A stretch of 64,000 nucleotides of DNA. Source: a virus. Below the pieces are notes generated by a model. It made no database searches. It worked only from the letters and a program-made list of their open reading frames with translations, and was not told the origin of the DNA. Made by a program: the position numbers and the translations under genes. Positions 1-9,995 of this stretch are shown piece after piece (the stretch's first letter is position 1; the number at the start of each line of letters is the position of its first letter). The stretch lies in the IMG/VR virus record IMGVR_UViG_3300042197_004429, positions 1 through 64,000 of that record; one strand, written 5' to 3'.

Positions 1-100
1 ACCAGAAACTAAGAAACCAGAAACTAAGAAACCAGAAACTAAGAAACCAGAAACTAAGAAACCAGAAACTAAGAAACCAGAAACTAAGAAACCAGAAACC
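1..100 (+). repeat. 15-bp tandem repeat ACCAGAAACTAAGAA, 6 full copies plus a partial copy (may continue upstream of the window)
   Basis: Directly visible perfect repeat with no spacers. Confidence 0.95.
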
Positions 101-106
101 GATTGA
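2..106 (+). CDS. C-terminal fragment of a protein ending in (PETKK)n-PETD
   Basis: Repeat is open in frame 2 and ends at TGA 104-106, 1 nt before the next ORF; 5' end lies outside the window. Confidence 0.6.
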   Translation, partial: PETKKPETKKPETKKPETKKPETKKPETKKPETD

Positions 107-107
107 G

Positions 108-575
108 TTGGCAGATATTTTTATGCAAAATGATTTTTGTTTTGTTTTTGATACAAATGAGCATCTTAAATACACAAAATTTATTTCTAGAGACTCAAAA
201 GAAATTAAAAAATCACTACATTTCCAACAAAATATTGTTGGCACTTTTGTGTATGCCCTTTGTGTTCACGATAGTTTAGATAAAAATAAAAAAATAGAAA
301 TTAAAAATAGTTTTGGAAATTGTTTGACCCCAGAGGTTTATGACACAGTTAGGGATTTGTTTTGCTTTGAGGGCATTGATATTTGTCATGTTGGGTTTGT
401 CCCAATAAGTTACAGGATAATGTCTCCCGAGTCAGATTGGGATTGTTATGTTCCTTTGCCTTTTTCTTTGATTAAAAAATACTTAAATAAAGAAGAAATT
501 AACAACTTTTCTAAATGGTCAAGCCAATATAAAGATCAACATTTTAAAATACAACTAATTCAATTTGTTGGTTAA
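108..575 (+). CDS. hypothetical protein (start may be ATG 123)
   Basis: ORF in a co-oriented gene string. Confidence 0.65.
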   Translation: MADIFMQNDFCFVFDTNEHLKYTKFISRDSKEIKKSLHFQQNIVGTFVYALCVHDSLDKNKKIEIKNSFGNCLTPEVYDTVRDLFCFEGIDICHVGFVPISYRIMSPESDWDCYVPLPFSLIKKYLNKEEINNFSKWSSQYKDQHFKIQLIQFVG

Positions 576-580
576 TCTTT

Positions 581-1129
581 ATGCAAAAATTTAGAAGCAC
601 GCCGGATCGAGATTCTAGATATATGGGATTGGCTTGGGGCATAGCTTCTTGTTCAAAAGATCCAAATACTCAAGTTGGCGCATATATCGTTTCGGATGAC
701 AATTATGTTTTGGGCGAAGGTTATAATGGCCCTCCAAGAAATATTAAAGATTTGGATGTAGTTTGGGACAGAGAACCAAATGAAAAAAATAATTTATGTA
801 AATATGATTTGATAGTTCATGCAGAAATTAATGCGATGAATAATATTTATTTGCAAAATATTAACCTAATAGACTCCACTCTTTATGTGACAGCCCTACC
901 TTGTCCTGCCTGTATGTTGCAGATTGTTAGCAAAAGCATAGGAAGAGTCGTTTATTTTGACTTCCAGTCAGGATCAAATTCAAGTTTACAAAATGCCGAT
1001 TGGCGTCAAAAAACTTTTGAAATAGCAAAACTTGGTGGTACTAAAATTGAAAAATTTAATGGCAGCATAGACTGGTTATCCGATTGGGTCATTAATTTGC
1101 AAAAAATAAAAATACTCTCTGGGCGGTAA
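581..1129 (+). CDS. dCMP deaminase
   Basis: SKDPNTQVGA, GYNG, HAEINA and PCPAC zinc-deaminase motifs. Confidence 0.92.
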   Translation: MQKFRSTPDRDSRYMGLAWGIASCSKDPNTQVGAYIVSDDNYVLGEGYNGPPRNIKDLDVVWDREPNEKNNLCKYDLIVHAEINAMNNIYLQNINLIDSTLYVTALPCPACMLQIVSKSIGRVVYFDFQSGSNSSLQNADWRQKTFEIAKLGGTKIEKFNGSIDWLSDWVINLQKIKILSGR

Positions 1130-1140
1130 ATAATAATATT

Positions 1141-2187
1141 ATGGCATTAAGATATAATTTAAAGACTGGAAGTTGTAATACATGTGGTTGTCAAGGTTCA
1201 AATTCACAAATAACACCAGATTTTTCTATAAAAAGACACGATACAAGACCTTCCTTTCGTGTTTCAATAGAAGATTGCAATGGACCTTTTGATTTTCGTG
1301 GATTAATTGTTGAAATCAACATGTGGTCATCCGCAAAACTGAAAGCAGACTTGAGCGAATCCACCGATTACTTCTCTGTTGCCGACAACATAGGATTTAA
1401 TCAGATTATGGTGGGAGATATCATTATAGTGGATCAAGTAAGATCACCAGAGAAGATGTTGGTTCTTGGTTTTGATGAAAAAAATAAATTTATTAAGGTT
1501 CAAAGATCTTATCATGGAACAGATGCTAACTCTTATAAAAAAGGAACAAAGATAAGAATTTTTAGAATAATGAACGAACAAGCTAGAGTAGAAATGGATT
1601 TTAAAGATGTTGAAAATGTCGATGGCACTCTTGAAAATGATGTTATTCAATCTTCTTTTTTAACATACGACTGGAAGCCAGAGGATACATGCCTTCCAGG
1701 GATTTACTACATGGAATTCAAAGTTTTAAAAATGATAGATGTTGTTTATTTTATTCCCGAAGGCGATTGGGTTGGCGAAGTTTTTAAAAATAACGAAGAC
1801 GGATTTTTCTACACAGGATCTATTAACTCCAACTCATCCGTTAAATTAGAATACAATCAAGTAGATGATAAGTATTTTTTAAAACAAATTCCCTGGAGTG
1901 GCGAGTTTCACATGCACTCAGATAATCAATACTATACCGGAGAAAACCATGACGACGGCTCCGTATTGTTGATAACAGATAAATCAGATAAAAGTAATTC
2001 TTATAACAATAATGGAATTTTAAATTCACAAAATGTTTCTATTATACCAAGTTTCACTAATCCTAGCATGACACCAGAAGATTTTGGTTGTTTTATAGGA
2101 GAAGGCGTTGAGTGGGTTAGAAGATTTCCTTCTAATAATGAAGGATTTATTGTTCAAATAGTCGATAGTTTTACTACAGAAGTCTAA
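1141..2187 (+). CDS. virion structural protein with a BppU-like N-terminal motif
   Basis: IKRHDTRPSFRV..ED resembles the IKxxDTxP start of baseplate upper proteins; TAAATA upstream. Confidence 0.5.
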   Translation: MALRYNLKTGSCNTCGCQGSNSQITPDFSIKRHDTRPSFRVSIEDCNGPFDFRGLIVEINMWSSAKLKADLSESTDYFSVADNIGFNQIMVGDIIIVDQVRSPEKMLVLGFDEKNKFIKVQRSYHGTDANSYKKGTKIRIFRIMNEQARVEMDFKDVENVDGTLENDVIQSSFLTYDWKPEDTCLPGIYYMEFKVLKMIDVVYFIPEGDWVGEVFKNNEDGFFYTGSINSNSSVKLEYNQVDDKYFLKQIPWSGEFHMHSDNQYYTGENHDDGSVLLITDKSDKSNSYNNNGILNSQNVSIIPSFTNPSMTPEDFGCFIGEGVEWVRRFPSNNEGFIVQIVDSFTTEV

Positions 2188-2206
2188 GAAAGGACATAAA
2201 GCCCTA

Positions 2207-2779
2207 ATGGCTATAAATGGTAATTTTGGTAGATACTCAAAGTTTGATGAAAACTCAAAAAAAGATTGGGTTAGATGTAATGAGCAAATTAGAATACCTC
2301 AAGTTTTAGTAATTCATGATGGAAAAAACTTAGGTGTGATGCAAAGTAGATCGGCCCTACAACTGGCCAGAAGTTTTGATTTAGATTTAGTTGAGGTTGC
2401 ACCAAACGCAAGACCCCCAGTTTGTCATATTATAGATTATGGCAAATATATGTATGATAAACAAAAGAAACAAAAAGAATCTAATAGCAAACAAAATCAA
2501 GTGAAGGAAAAAGAAATAGATTTTAGGTATGTGATAGCTGATGGAGATTTAAAAACAAAGTCTAATCAAATAAGAGTTTTCTTAACAAAGGGTCATAAAG
2601 TAAAATGTGTTTGTAAATTTAGACAGCGTGAAAATGCTCACAAAAATCAAGGCTTTGAAGTTTTCAAAAAACTTTTGGATTCTTTGAGCGATATAGCGGC
2701 AATTGAGTCTCCTCCAAAACTTGATGGAATGAATATAGTTTGTCGCCTAGAACCAATTAAAAACAAGTCAAAAGTATGA
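2207..2779 (+). CDS. infC: translation initiation factor IF-3
   Basis: NEQIR..V.VI...G..LG, DLVEVAPNARPPVCHIIDYGKYMY, KEI.FR..I...DL.TK, L.KGHKVK. Confidence 0.93.
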   Translation: MAINGNFGRYSKFDENSKKDWVRCNEQIRIPQVLVIHDGKNLGVMQSRSALQLARSFDLDLVEVAPNARPPVCHIIDYGKYMYDKQKKQKESNSKQNQVKEKEIDFRYVIADGDLKTKSNQIRVFLTKGHKVKCVCKFRQRENAHKNQGFEVFKKLLDSLSDIAAIESPPKLDGMNIVCRLEPIKNKSKV

Positions 2780-3621
2780 GATGCTTAGTTACAGGTGGGT
2801 CGGGCTTTATCGGCTCTCATCTTGTTGATAAATTAGTTTCTTTAAATCACGAAGTTGTTTCTTTGGATTGTTCTTTATGTAAATATGAGAATCCAAAAGC
2901 AACCTATAGATATGGCTTTGTTCAAAACATAGAATCTCTTCATTTTTTATATGATTTTGATTTTATTTTTCATTTAGCCGCTTTGCCAAGAATTCAACCT
3001 AGTTTTAAAGATACAATAAATGTTCATGATTCAAACGTCACAGGAACCTTTAAGATTTTAGAGTTTGCAAAAAAATCAAAATCTAGAGTAATATTTGCTG
3101 GATCCAGTTCTGTTTTGCACGACATTAATGCTAACCCCTATGCTTTTAGTAAAAGCATAGGGGAACAATATTGTGTTCTTTACAATAAAATTTTTCAAGT
3201 TCCTGTGGCTATTGCTAGATTTTTTAATGTTTATGGTCCCAGACAAATTGAAGATGGAGAATACGCCACCGTAGTTGGGATTTTTGAAAAGCAAAAAAAG
3301 CAAAATAAAAATTTGACTATAACGGGAAATGGCGAACAAAGGCGTGATTTTACCCATGTGGACGATATAGTATCCGGTCTTATTTGCATAATGAAAACGG
3401 ATTGGGATTTTGAAATTTTTAATTTAGGATCGGGTAAAAATTATTCTATTAATGAGATAGCTTCTTTTTTTGATTCGCCTATTGAATATATTGAATCAAG
3501 AAAAGGCGAAGCAAAAACAACACTTGCCGATATAGAAAATACTTGTAATAAAACTCAATGGAAGCCTGTTGTTGACATAGAAGAATATATTAAAAACAAA
3601 ATAATCAGATCAGATGTATAA
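2776..3621 (+). CDS. NAD-dependent nucleotide-sugar epimerase/dehydratase (extended SDR)
   Basis: VTGGSGFIGSHL, YAFSK (YxxxK), RFFNVYGP, RDFTHVDD. Confidence 0.92.
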   Translation: MRCLVTGGSGFIGSHLVDKLVSLNHEVVSLDCSLCKYENPKATYRYGFVQNIESLHFLYDFDFIFHLAALPRIQPSFKDTINVHDSNVTGTFKILEFAKKSKSRVIFAGSSSVLHDINANPYAFSKSIGEQYCVLYNKIFQVPVAIARFFNVYGPRQIEDGEYATVVGIFEKQKKQNKNLTITGNGEQRRDFTHVDDIVSGLICIMKTDWDFEIFNLGSGKNYSINEIASFFDSPIEYIESRKGEAKTTLADIENTCNKTQWKPVVDIEEYIKNKIIRSDV

Positions 3622-4216
3622 TCACAAAGATGGTGTAATATTAAGAAAAATTGAAAGAAGCGATCTCCAATATCTTTTAGATTTAAAAAAAGAAAGTTGG
3701 TGGGGAACTCATTCTACGCAAATAATTAACTTAAATGATCAAAATTATTGGTTTGACAATATTCCAAAAGATCAATTGTTTTTAATTGGAGAAGTCGGGG
3801 ATGAAAGAATAGGAGTGGCTTCTTTAACTAACATAGACAACACAAATAGATCCCTAAGCATATCAGGGTCTGTTGCTAAAAAACACAGGTCCAAATGGGC
3901 CTTTCCCTCTTTTTGTGCCGGTCTTGATTTTGCTTTTGAGATGTTTAGTGTTCATCGTGTAGAGGCAGAAGTCTTAGTTTACCATGCAACAGCCCAAAAG
4001 TTAGAAATTGAAAAATTAGGATTTGTTGTAGAAGGTAAAAAAAGAAAATCTATATTTAAATGTGGTAATTATTATGATTCTATTATATTGGGCATGCTTA
4101 GAGATGATTGGTTAAATAGCAAGCGTGTTAAGGATTATGGGGACAGTTGTAATTTAAACTTTAGCCCAACTAGATTTAAAAAATTGACCGACTATTTTGC
4201 CAAAAAATCAACCTGA
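3614..4216 (+). CDS. GNAT N-acetyltransferase (PseH/RimJ-like)
   Basis: LRKIERSDL start, LDFAFEMFSVHRVEAEV, LGFVVEG..RK, DSIILGML. Confidence 0.8.
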   Translation: MYNHKDGVILRKIERSDLQYLLDLKKESWWGTHSTQIINLNDQNYWFDNIPKDQLFLIGEVGDERIGVASLTNIDNTNRSLSISGSVAKKHRSKWAFPSFCAGLDFAFEMFSVHRVEAEVLVYHATAQKLEIEKLGFVVEGKKRKSIFKCGNYYDSIILGMLRDDWLNSKRVKDYGDSCNLNFSPTRFKKLTDYFAKKST

Positions 4217-5080
4217 TCTTCCTTCTTTTTTTATTATTTTTTTTGGCCATTCTCCTATGTTTGGTAAAAGATTTTTTCCAATAATATAATTGATAGTCTC
4301 TGGTGTGGACCAAAATTCTAATAAATTTGCTAAATCTTCTTTGTTTGGTTTTTTAATCATATTCAACCATGATTGACATACTTTTTTATAAAGATCCTCT
4401 AGCAAACCAAAATTATATAAATCGTACCATTTTTTCCAACGGTCGCAAATAGCGCCTCTCTTTAGCAAAGACTCGTGGCCTTCAACGGCTTTTTTAATAA
4501 ATTGAGAATACGATCTAATAGGATAGTGGTGTCTCCATATTGTATTGGCATAATGTACATTGTTTATTCCATCAAAACTATGATTACCGTGTTTGATCAC
4601 AATGTCCGGATCTGGTCTGTGTGCTACTTTGCATTCTCCCGGTAAATCATGAAAATTTTCAAAATCTAAATAATATCTCATTTTAATTTGATCAAATTCG
4701 CAACCAGCAGGGGGGTGCAAAAACATTCTTGGAGAACTCACATACTTCATCGGTAGATTTTTTAAATTATTTAATCCACACCAAAACTCATCGGCATCCA
4801 AATGAATAATCCAGTCGGGCTTCAACTTGCAAGCTAATCTTGCCATTTTTGTAACCCACTCCGACTGGTTGTGATCTTCTCCTTGTTCTTCTATAATTTC
4901 GCAAACTTCCGGATATGATTCTATTATATTTTTAGTTTTATCTTTTGATCTATTGTTTGTGATAATAAAATGTTTTACACCTTGGTTTATATGATGCTCT
5001 ATATTTTTACCTATAATATCTTCTTCATCTTTTGCCAATATTGTTGCTACTATTTTTAGATTAGAATTTAATTGAAACAT
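4208..5080 (-). CDS. glycosyltransferase family 2-like
   Basis: AKDEEDII..NIEHH..QGV, NNRSKDKT, WIIHLDADEF (DxD). Confidence 0.85.
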   Translation of the reverse strand: MFQLNSNLKIVATILAKDEEDIIGKNIEHHINQGVKHFIITNNRSKDKTKNIIESYPEVCEIIEEQGEDHNQSEWVTKMARLACKLKPDWIIHLDADEFWCGLNNLKNLPMKYVSSPRMFLHPPAGCEFDQIKMRYYLDFENFHDLPGECKVAHRPDPDIVIKHGNHSFDGINNVHYANTIWRHHYPIRSYSQFIKKAVEGHESLLKRGAICDRWKKWYDLYNFGLLEDLYKKVCQSWLNMIKKPNKEDLANLLEFWSTPETINYIIGKNLLPNIGEWPKKIIKKEGRSG

Positions 5081-5861
5081 GAAAAATAAATTAAAAATTT
5101 TAATATTGATGGTCTATTATAATAGACCAATTTTAGTAAAAAATGCTTTGAGAAGTATTTTAAAGTGTAATAATAACCATGAAAATTGGGTTCTCTTTTT
5201 TGGTGACGATGGTAGTCCAAATCCTGGAAGACCAATCGTAGAGGATATTCTAGCAGATTTTAAAAATCAAATTGTTTTTGCAAATTCAAATGCATCACCA
5301 GAACAAAAAATACAGGATGGTTTATCTATAGGCAAATATGCAAATCAAGCCATAAAAGAATCGGATGCGGATGTGGTTGTTACTCTTTGCGATGATGATG
5401 AGTTTTATCCTAATTATTTTTATAATTTAAATAATTTTTTTTTAAAGAATCAAGAAGTTCTTTATTGCTATTCAAACATTATAACATATAATCCTTTGTT
5501 TCAAAAAAGTGAGGATTCACATTCTTTATCTCATAAATACAATCAATACAAAAATCCTATCAACCCTGTTGGAAAATTGGATGCAACCCAAGTTGCTTGG
5601 AGATCCGATTGCTGCAAAAAATTTGATGCTTGGTTTGCAGAAACCACAAAATTTATACAAGGCAAACCATTAATTAAAGATACAGATCGCTCTTTTTTTG
5701 AAAATTTATATAATAAGTGTGGATTATGTTATCCAACTAATTTTATTTCCCAATTTAAAGGTATTCACGACTACCAGTTGCTTTGGCATAAGAATGCACA
5801 CAAAGAATCTCTTTTATCCTACTACAACAACTGTCAAAAACTATCTGGAGAATTATTTTGA
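5079..5861 (+). CDS. glycosyltransferase family 2
   Basis: YYNRP, GDDGS, LCDDDEF GT-A motifs. Confidence 0.8.
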   Translation: MKNKLKILILMVYYNRPILVKNALRSILKCNNNHENWVLFFGDDGSPNPGRPIVEDILADFKNQIVFANSNASPEQKIQDGLSIGKYANQAIKESDADVVVTLCDDDEFYPNYFYNLNNFFLKNQEVLYCYSNIITYNPLFQKSEDSHSLSHKYNQYKNPINPVGKLDATQVAWRSDCCKKFDAWFAETTKFIQGKPLIKDTDRSFFENLYNKCGLCYPTNFISQFKGIHDYQLLWHKNAHKESLLSYYNNCQKLSGELF

Positions 5862-6940
5862 AAAACTTATACGAAATTTTGGGTCTTGAAAAAAATGCTT
5901 CAGATGAGGATATTCGTAAGGCTTATCGAGATTTAGCAAAAAAATATCATCCCGATTTAAATCCAAACGACCCAGACTCAGCAGAAAATTTTAAACAAGT
6001 TTCTCGTGCTTTTGAAATTCTAAGCAATAAAAATTCAAGATTTAATTATGACAATTATGGTTCAATTGAAGGAAATGATTTTTTTGAAAGGGGCAAACCC
6101 TTCACCTCTGCTTTTGAGGATATGTTTGCTCAATTTTTTAATAATAGACCTCAGCAAGTTTCTAAAGGCGAGGATGTATTTTTAGAAGCCAATATAACTT
6201 TAAATCAAGTTTTAAATGGGGGAGATATAGATCTTTTGTATTATAGAAAAAATATTTGCGATAAGTGCAATGGCTTTGGTGGCGAAAGAATAAAGTGTAA
6301 ACATTGCAATGGAACCGGAGCCAGGGTAATTCAAGGAAGAGCAATGACAGTGCGAACTAGTTGTCAAGCGTGTGGAGGCACAGGAAGTGCTGTTGGAGAA
6401 CCTTGTTCTAATTGTGAAGGAGGATACACCAACGCAGAAGAACAAAAAATAAAATTCAAAATTTTTCCTGGAGTAGATAATCGAATGAGGTTTGTTCAAA
6501 AAGGTTTAGGAAATCCTCCAGTTGATTCTGATGGCGTTTTTGGCGATTTGTTTATCTCAATAAACGTTCAGAAGCATGAATATTTTGAAAGATTACCAAA
6601 AGGAGATGTTCTAATAAATTGGCCTGTTGGATACTCAGAACTTGTTTTGGGAACTCAAATAGAAGTTCCCACCCTAGAAGGAAGAGCCGCTGTTGTTATT
6701 CCTCCAAAATCAAAGCCTAATCAAAAGATGAGGCTAAAGAACCTCGGACTGCCCATATTTAATACCAGCGACACTATATACCAACGTGGCGATCAATACG
6801 TTAACCTTACGCTCCATACACCAAATGATTTGGGCGATAAAGAAAAAGAAATTTTTACTAAATTAATGGAGTTAGAAAACTCTTGTTTAAATACAAATAG
6901 ACAAGAAATTTTTAAAAAAATAGGAGAAAAAAATGGATGA
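5858..6940 (+). CDS. dnaJ: DnaJ chaperone (J domain, zinc finger, C-terminal domain)
   Basis: YEILG...KKYHPD J domain; four CxxCxG repeats; GDLFI, ELVLG..IEVPTLEG, RGDQYV. Confidence 0.93.
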   Translation: MKNLYEILGLEKNASDEDIRKAYRDLAKKYHPDLNPNDPDSAENFKQVSRAFEILSNKNSRFNYDNYGSIEGNDFFERGKPFTSAFEDMFAQFFNNRPQQVSKGEDVFLEANITLNQVLNGGDIDLLYYRKNICDKCNGFGGERIKCKHCNGTGARVIQGRAMTVRTSCQACGGTGSAVGEPCSNCEGGYTNAEEQKIKFKIFPGVDNRMRFVQKGLGNPPVDSDGVFGDLFISINVQKHEYFERLPKGDVLINWPVGYSELVLGTQIEVPTLEGRAAVVIPPKSKPNQKMRLKNLGLPIFNTSDTIYQRGDQYVNLTLHTPNDLGDKEKEIFTKLMELENSCLNTNRQEIFKKIGEKNG

Positions 6941-7262
6941 TTTAAAAAATAATAAAATATTTTTAATAGTTATTTCTTTGGTCACAATTAACTTGTTGGG
7001 TTTTGCTTTTAGTAAATTCGTAATCAACACCACGACAGAATGTGTTATTGAAAAGTTAAAACAAAATTATTCCCCATCTCCTTACGGCCCAGGTTTCGAC
7101 CCTGACAAAGTTAATTCAAATAGTTTGAAGGTTGACACTCAGGGTAATGAATTATATTCAAAAATTTCTTTCAAAAACGATCTTGTTCATGGATCTGCCG
7201 GTGTTTTTGAATCTTGGCAAAAAGATTGGGAGCAAGATCGTGGTTTTAATCTAGCACGATAG
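6933..7262 (+). CDS. hypothetical membrane-anchored protein
   Basis: N-terminal hydrophobic helix; overlaps the dnaJ stop. Confidence 0.65.
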   Translation: MDDLKNNKIFLIVISLVTINLLGFAFSKFVINTTTECVIEKLKQNYSPSPYGPGFDPDKVNSNSLKVDTQGNELYSKISFKNDLVHGSAGVFESWQKDWEQDRGFNLAR

Positions 7263-7665
7263 CTTTTTCTATTTTTGAAAAATTTTTAGAAAAATCATTA
7301 GAATTTCTTTGAAAAATTAAGGTTATTGTTTTACCCGCCTCTGGAATTCCTTTTATTTTTCGGAACTCCACCTCCGTAAACAGACACTCAGTCCCATCAG
7401 ATAATCGCATTTTTATTGGTGTTTTTTTAACGTCTAAAAATATTATTTTGGCAGTTTTTTCCATACTTGGAATTACTAAATCAACAGGCTCTTTTTGATT
7501 GTTTATGCTGTCGTTTCCTCTCCATGGTGAATAATCATAAGTGTTATTATTTGCTGATGATAAAAAACTTGAATAACTTTTGTTGTCAAAAATTTTATTT
7601 ATTTTTTGTTCTATATTTCCTAAGCCAAATTCTTCTTTAATTAAAAATTGTTTAAATTTAGGCAT
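7246..7665 (-). CDS. hypothetical protein with a capsid-targeting-like N-terminus
   Basis: Starts MPKFKQFLIKEE. Confidence 0.65.
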   Translation of the reverse strand: MPKFKQFLIKEEFGLGNIEQKINKIFDNKSYSSFLSSANNNTYDYSPWRGNDSINNQKEPVDLVIPSMEKTAKIIFLDVKKTPIKMRLSDGTECLFTEVEFRKIKGIPEAGKTITLIFQRNSNDFSKNFSKIEKAIVLD

Positions 7666-7701
7666 AACATTACTCTTATAACATAGGTAATATCAATATC
7701 T

Positions 7702-7995
7702 ATGTCTGGAAAAATAGAAATAAAAGAGTTGGTTTTTTTGACCCCAGCAAAATTAAAAATTGTTATTGATGGTCAAGAAAAAACTATGATGGTGAATGTG
7801 GATTTAGTTAATAAAAAAGTCTATTCCCAAACTGGTGATTCTTTTCACAGCGATCATATTTTTTCTTATTTAGATTCAATGTATATTCTTCCAGAAGATT
7901 TTTTCTCATCTTCGGAAGAGGTCAATGAAGAAGTGGCCGAAGCAGAGAAAACAGTTGATGAGATAATGAAACAAGACATAGGAGAAATAATATGA
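7702..7995 (+). CDS. hypothetical protein
   Basis: ORF coupled to the next gene (ATGA overlap). Confidence 0.65.
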   Translation: MSGKIEIKELVFLTPAKLKIVIDGQEKTMMVNVDLVNKKVYSQTGDSFHSDHIFSYLDSMYILPEDFFSSSEEVNEEVAEAEKTVDEIMKQDIGEII

Positions 7996-8288
7996 GCGAA
8001 GCCGGTTCCATAAAGGCTCAAGTTTACATTCCAGGCAAGTCTGGTGGAAAACTACAGAGACAGTTGACTTTGGATACTATAGTTAATTGGATCAAAGTAC
8101 AGGGTTTGGATGAGTACACAACTAATGGACTCATAGAATTAGCAAAAAGATATCCCACACAAGCTTTTCCTAGTTTTAGAAAAAATTTTAATTTAATGAT
8201 TGAAAGAGTAAGAGCAAAAAGAAAAAAAGAAATTAATGCTAATTGTGATTTAAAAGAAGAGAAATCTAAAGAATTGGATGATTTATGA
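7992..8288 (+). CDS. hypothetical protein
   Basis: ORF with overlapping start/stop on both sides. Confidence 0.65.
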   Translation: MSEAGSIKAQVYIPGKSGGKLQRQLTLDTIVNWIKVQGLDEYTTNGLIELAKRYPTQAFPSFRKNFNLMIERVRAKRKKEINANCDLKEEKSKELDDL

Positions 8289-8491
8289 ATGTTTCTATTT
8301 TGGTTAGTATAGCTCGCCAAGTTATGGGAGAATATGTTTTTGTTCGTGTTATAAAAGCCGATAAAAATAGTGAAAATTTATTTAAATTTTTAAGAGAAAA
8401 CGAACTTCCAAGAACAACCAAAATAGGCGAAATAGAGTGTTTTATAGAATATGGCGTAATAGAAAATATAGAAGTTGATGGCTTGAGCTAA
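8285..8491 (+). CDS. hypothetical protein
   Basis: ATGA-coupled ORF. Confidence 0.55.
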   Translation: MNVSILVSIARQVMGEYVFVRVIKADKNSENLFKFLRENELPRTTKIGEIECFIEYGVIENIEVDGLS

Positions 8492-8501
8492 CTTATATCC
8501 T

Positions 8502-8543
8502 TGCCACCAAAAAACCCAATTCCTTAGGGGTTGGATAGTTCAC
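8502..8543 (-). mobile_element. possible IS200/IS605-type end remnant (hairpin)
   Basis: Minus strand GTGAACTATCCAACCCCTAAGGAATTGGGTTTT resembles IS200/IS605 terminal hairpins; a similar sequence lies at 59716-59757. It could also act as a terminator between convergent genes. Confidence 0.3.
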
Positions 8544-9193
8544 TTTGTAACTATCATTAAATTTTTAATAGAGTGTTTGTCGGTGAGACCCCCCGTCTGC
8601 CCATAAAACCTTAATCTATATAAACTTATTTGATCATCAGGCGCATCAAATAAATCACAATCCTCCGTAAATAAACCAACAGATCCTCCGGTTAAGACTT
8701 GATCTATTGAAAAGTTTAAGTTTCTTTTTACATTATCTATTTCAAAAGAAACATTTCGATAATTGTTTTCTCTTAAAGAATTGTTGCTAAAAAATCTTCT
8801 TCCAGAGTTATCTCTATAAATTTTAATTCCTACCCCATCTCCGTTGTTGTATGTGTCTAAAAACATACGAATTCCATTTGAAAGATAAGAACCAGAACCC
8901 AGGAGAGGTCTTGCTGCAATTCTTGATAATTCAAACCCCAAACCATCGGCTCCGCTTCCTTCAAAAATTCTATAATCAAAAATTATTTTAAAATATCTAC
9001 TAGAACCAACTCTTACATTTAAAAACTCTGCTGATCCAAAAGAGTTTGATATATTTGGTGTTAAAATTAATTCATTATTTGATATTAAAGCATCCCCTGA
9101 CAACGATATATTGCTAAGATTAGAAAAATCGAAATTGTATATAGTATAATCAAAAGAAGTCGATACTATTTTGTGTACTAATCCTCCAAACAT
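8540..9193 (-). CDS. L-type (ConA-like) lectin domain protein, probable tail/receptor-binding component
   Basis: LSGDALISNNELILTP...GSA, YRIFEGSGADGLGF; start set at the TAATG overlap 9193. Confidence 0.6.
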   Translation of the reverse strand: MFGGLVHKIVSTSFDYTIYNFDFSNLSNISLSGDALISNNELILTPNISNSFGSAEFLNVRVGSSRYFKIIFDYRIFEGSGADGLGFELSRIAARPLLGSGSYLSNGIRMFLDTYNNGDGVGIKIYRDNSGRRFFSNNSLRENNYRNVSFEIDNVKRNLNFSIDQVLTGGSVGLFTEDCDLFDAPDDQISLYRLRFYGQTGGLTDKHSIKNLMIVTK

Positions 9194-9588
9194 TAATAAT
9201 TTTGTCCCCCTATAAAACCAAACCAATTTACGCCTTTGTTTATTGTTACAAAACTAAAAAAATCTTTTTTGTTTGTAAAAATTGTTATTACAGGTGCTGT
9301 ATTCGCTGGCCATTTAATACTACTTGGCCAAGAAATAGTTCTATTGGATCCAGATGTCGTTATCACCATAGTAAAGGCAACAACTATATTGTCTAAATTT
9401 GGAACATTTAATATATTTAAAGTATTAACATTTTGATCTAAATTAATCAAAAAAACATTGCCTTGATTTAGGTCTATACTGAGAATTCCGCTTGAAATAT
9501 TTACATTTGTGTGAATTTCTTTATAATTTGAAAAAATTGCATCGGTAACCTTATAATTTGGTAATGCTAGTTTGTTTTTTATTGTCAT
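9193..9588 (-). CDS. phage tail-fibre-associated beta domain protein
   Basis: IDLNQGNVF...RTISWPSSIKWPANTAP.IT...DFFSF...WFG pattern, common in phage fibre proteins. Confidence 0.65.
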   Translation of the reverse strand: MTIKNKLALPNYKVTDAIFSNYKEIHTNVNISSGILSIDLNQGNVFLINLDQNVNTLNILNVPNLDNIVVAFTMVITTSGSNRTISWPSSIKWPANTAPVITIFTNKKDFFSFVTINKGVNWFGFIGGQNY

Positions 9589-9914
9589 TATTTAGATTCT
9601 CTCCACTTTAACCATTCTTGAAAAGTTGGAAGAGATTTTTTGTATACTTCGTCTTTTTTGCAATCACAATCTCCTTCACAATCACAATCTTTTTCTTTCA
9701 TGGCTTTTTGTATAGCTTTTCCTCTTTTTTTCTCATAAGATGATAATTTCCCATCCCCATCCAGATCTGCTTTTTCTTTATTTATCTCGTGGTCGTCATT
9801 GTAATCATCTTTACTTTTTGATTTTTTATTTTTTTTACTGTTTAGAATAGCATTTTGTAATTTTTCGGGCAGTTTTCTTTGTGCCGGTGTGAGACCGTTA
9901 TTTGATTTTTTCAT
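9588..9914 (-). CDS. phage hypothetical protein
   Basis: ADLDGDGKLSSYEKKRGKAI motif; strong SD (GAGGAG); C-terminal TFQEWL motif. Confidence 0.7.
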   Translation of the reverse strand: MKKSNNGLTPAQRKLPEKLQNAILNSKKNKKSKSKDDYNDDHEINKEKADLDGDGKLSSYEKKRGKAIQKAMKEKDCDCEGDCDCKKDEVYKKSLPTFQEWLKWRESK

Positions 9915-9995
9915 AATATTTCTCCTCTTCTTAATTTATCTAGTTTTTTTTCGAAAAATTTTTCACACAAACTATCTTAAAAAGAGGTAAACTTT

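Noticed and set aside
1-100. CRISPR array
   Set aside because: The repeats are contiguous with no spacers and encode PETKK in frame
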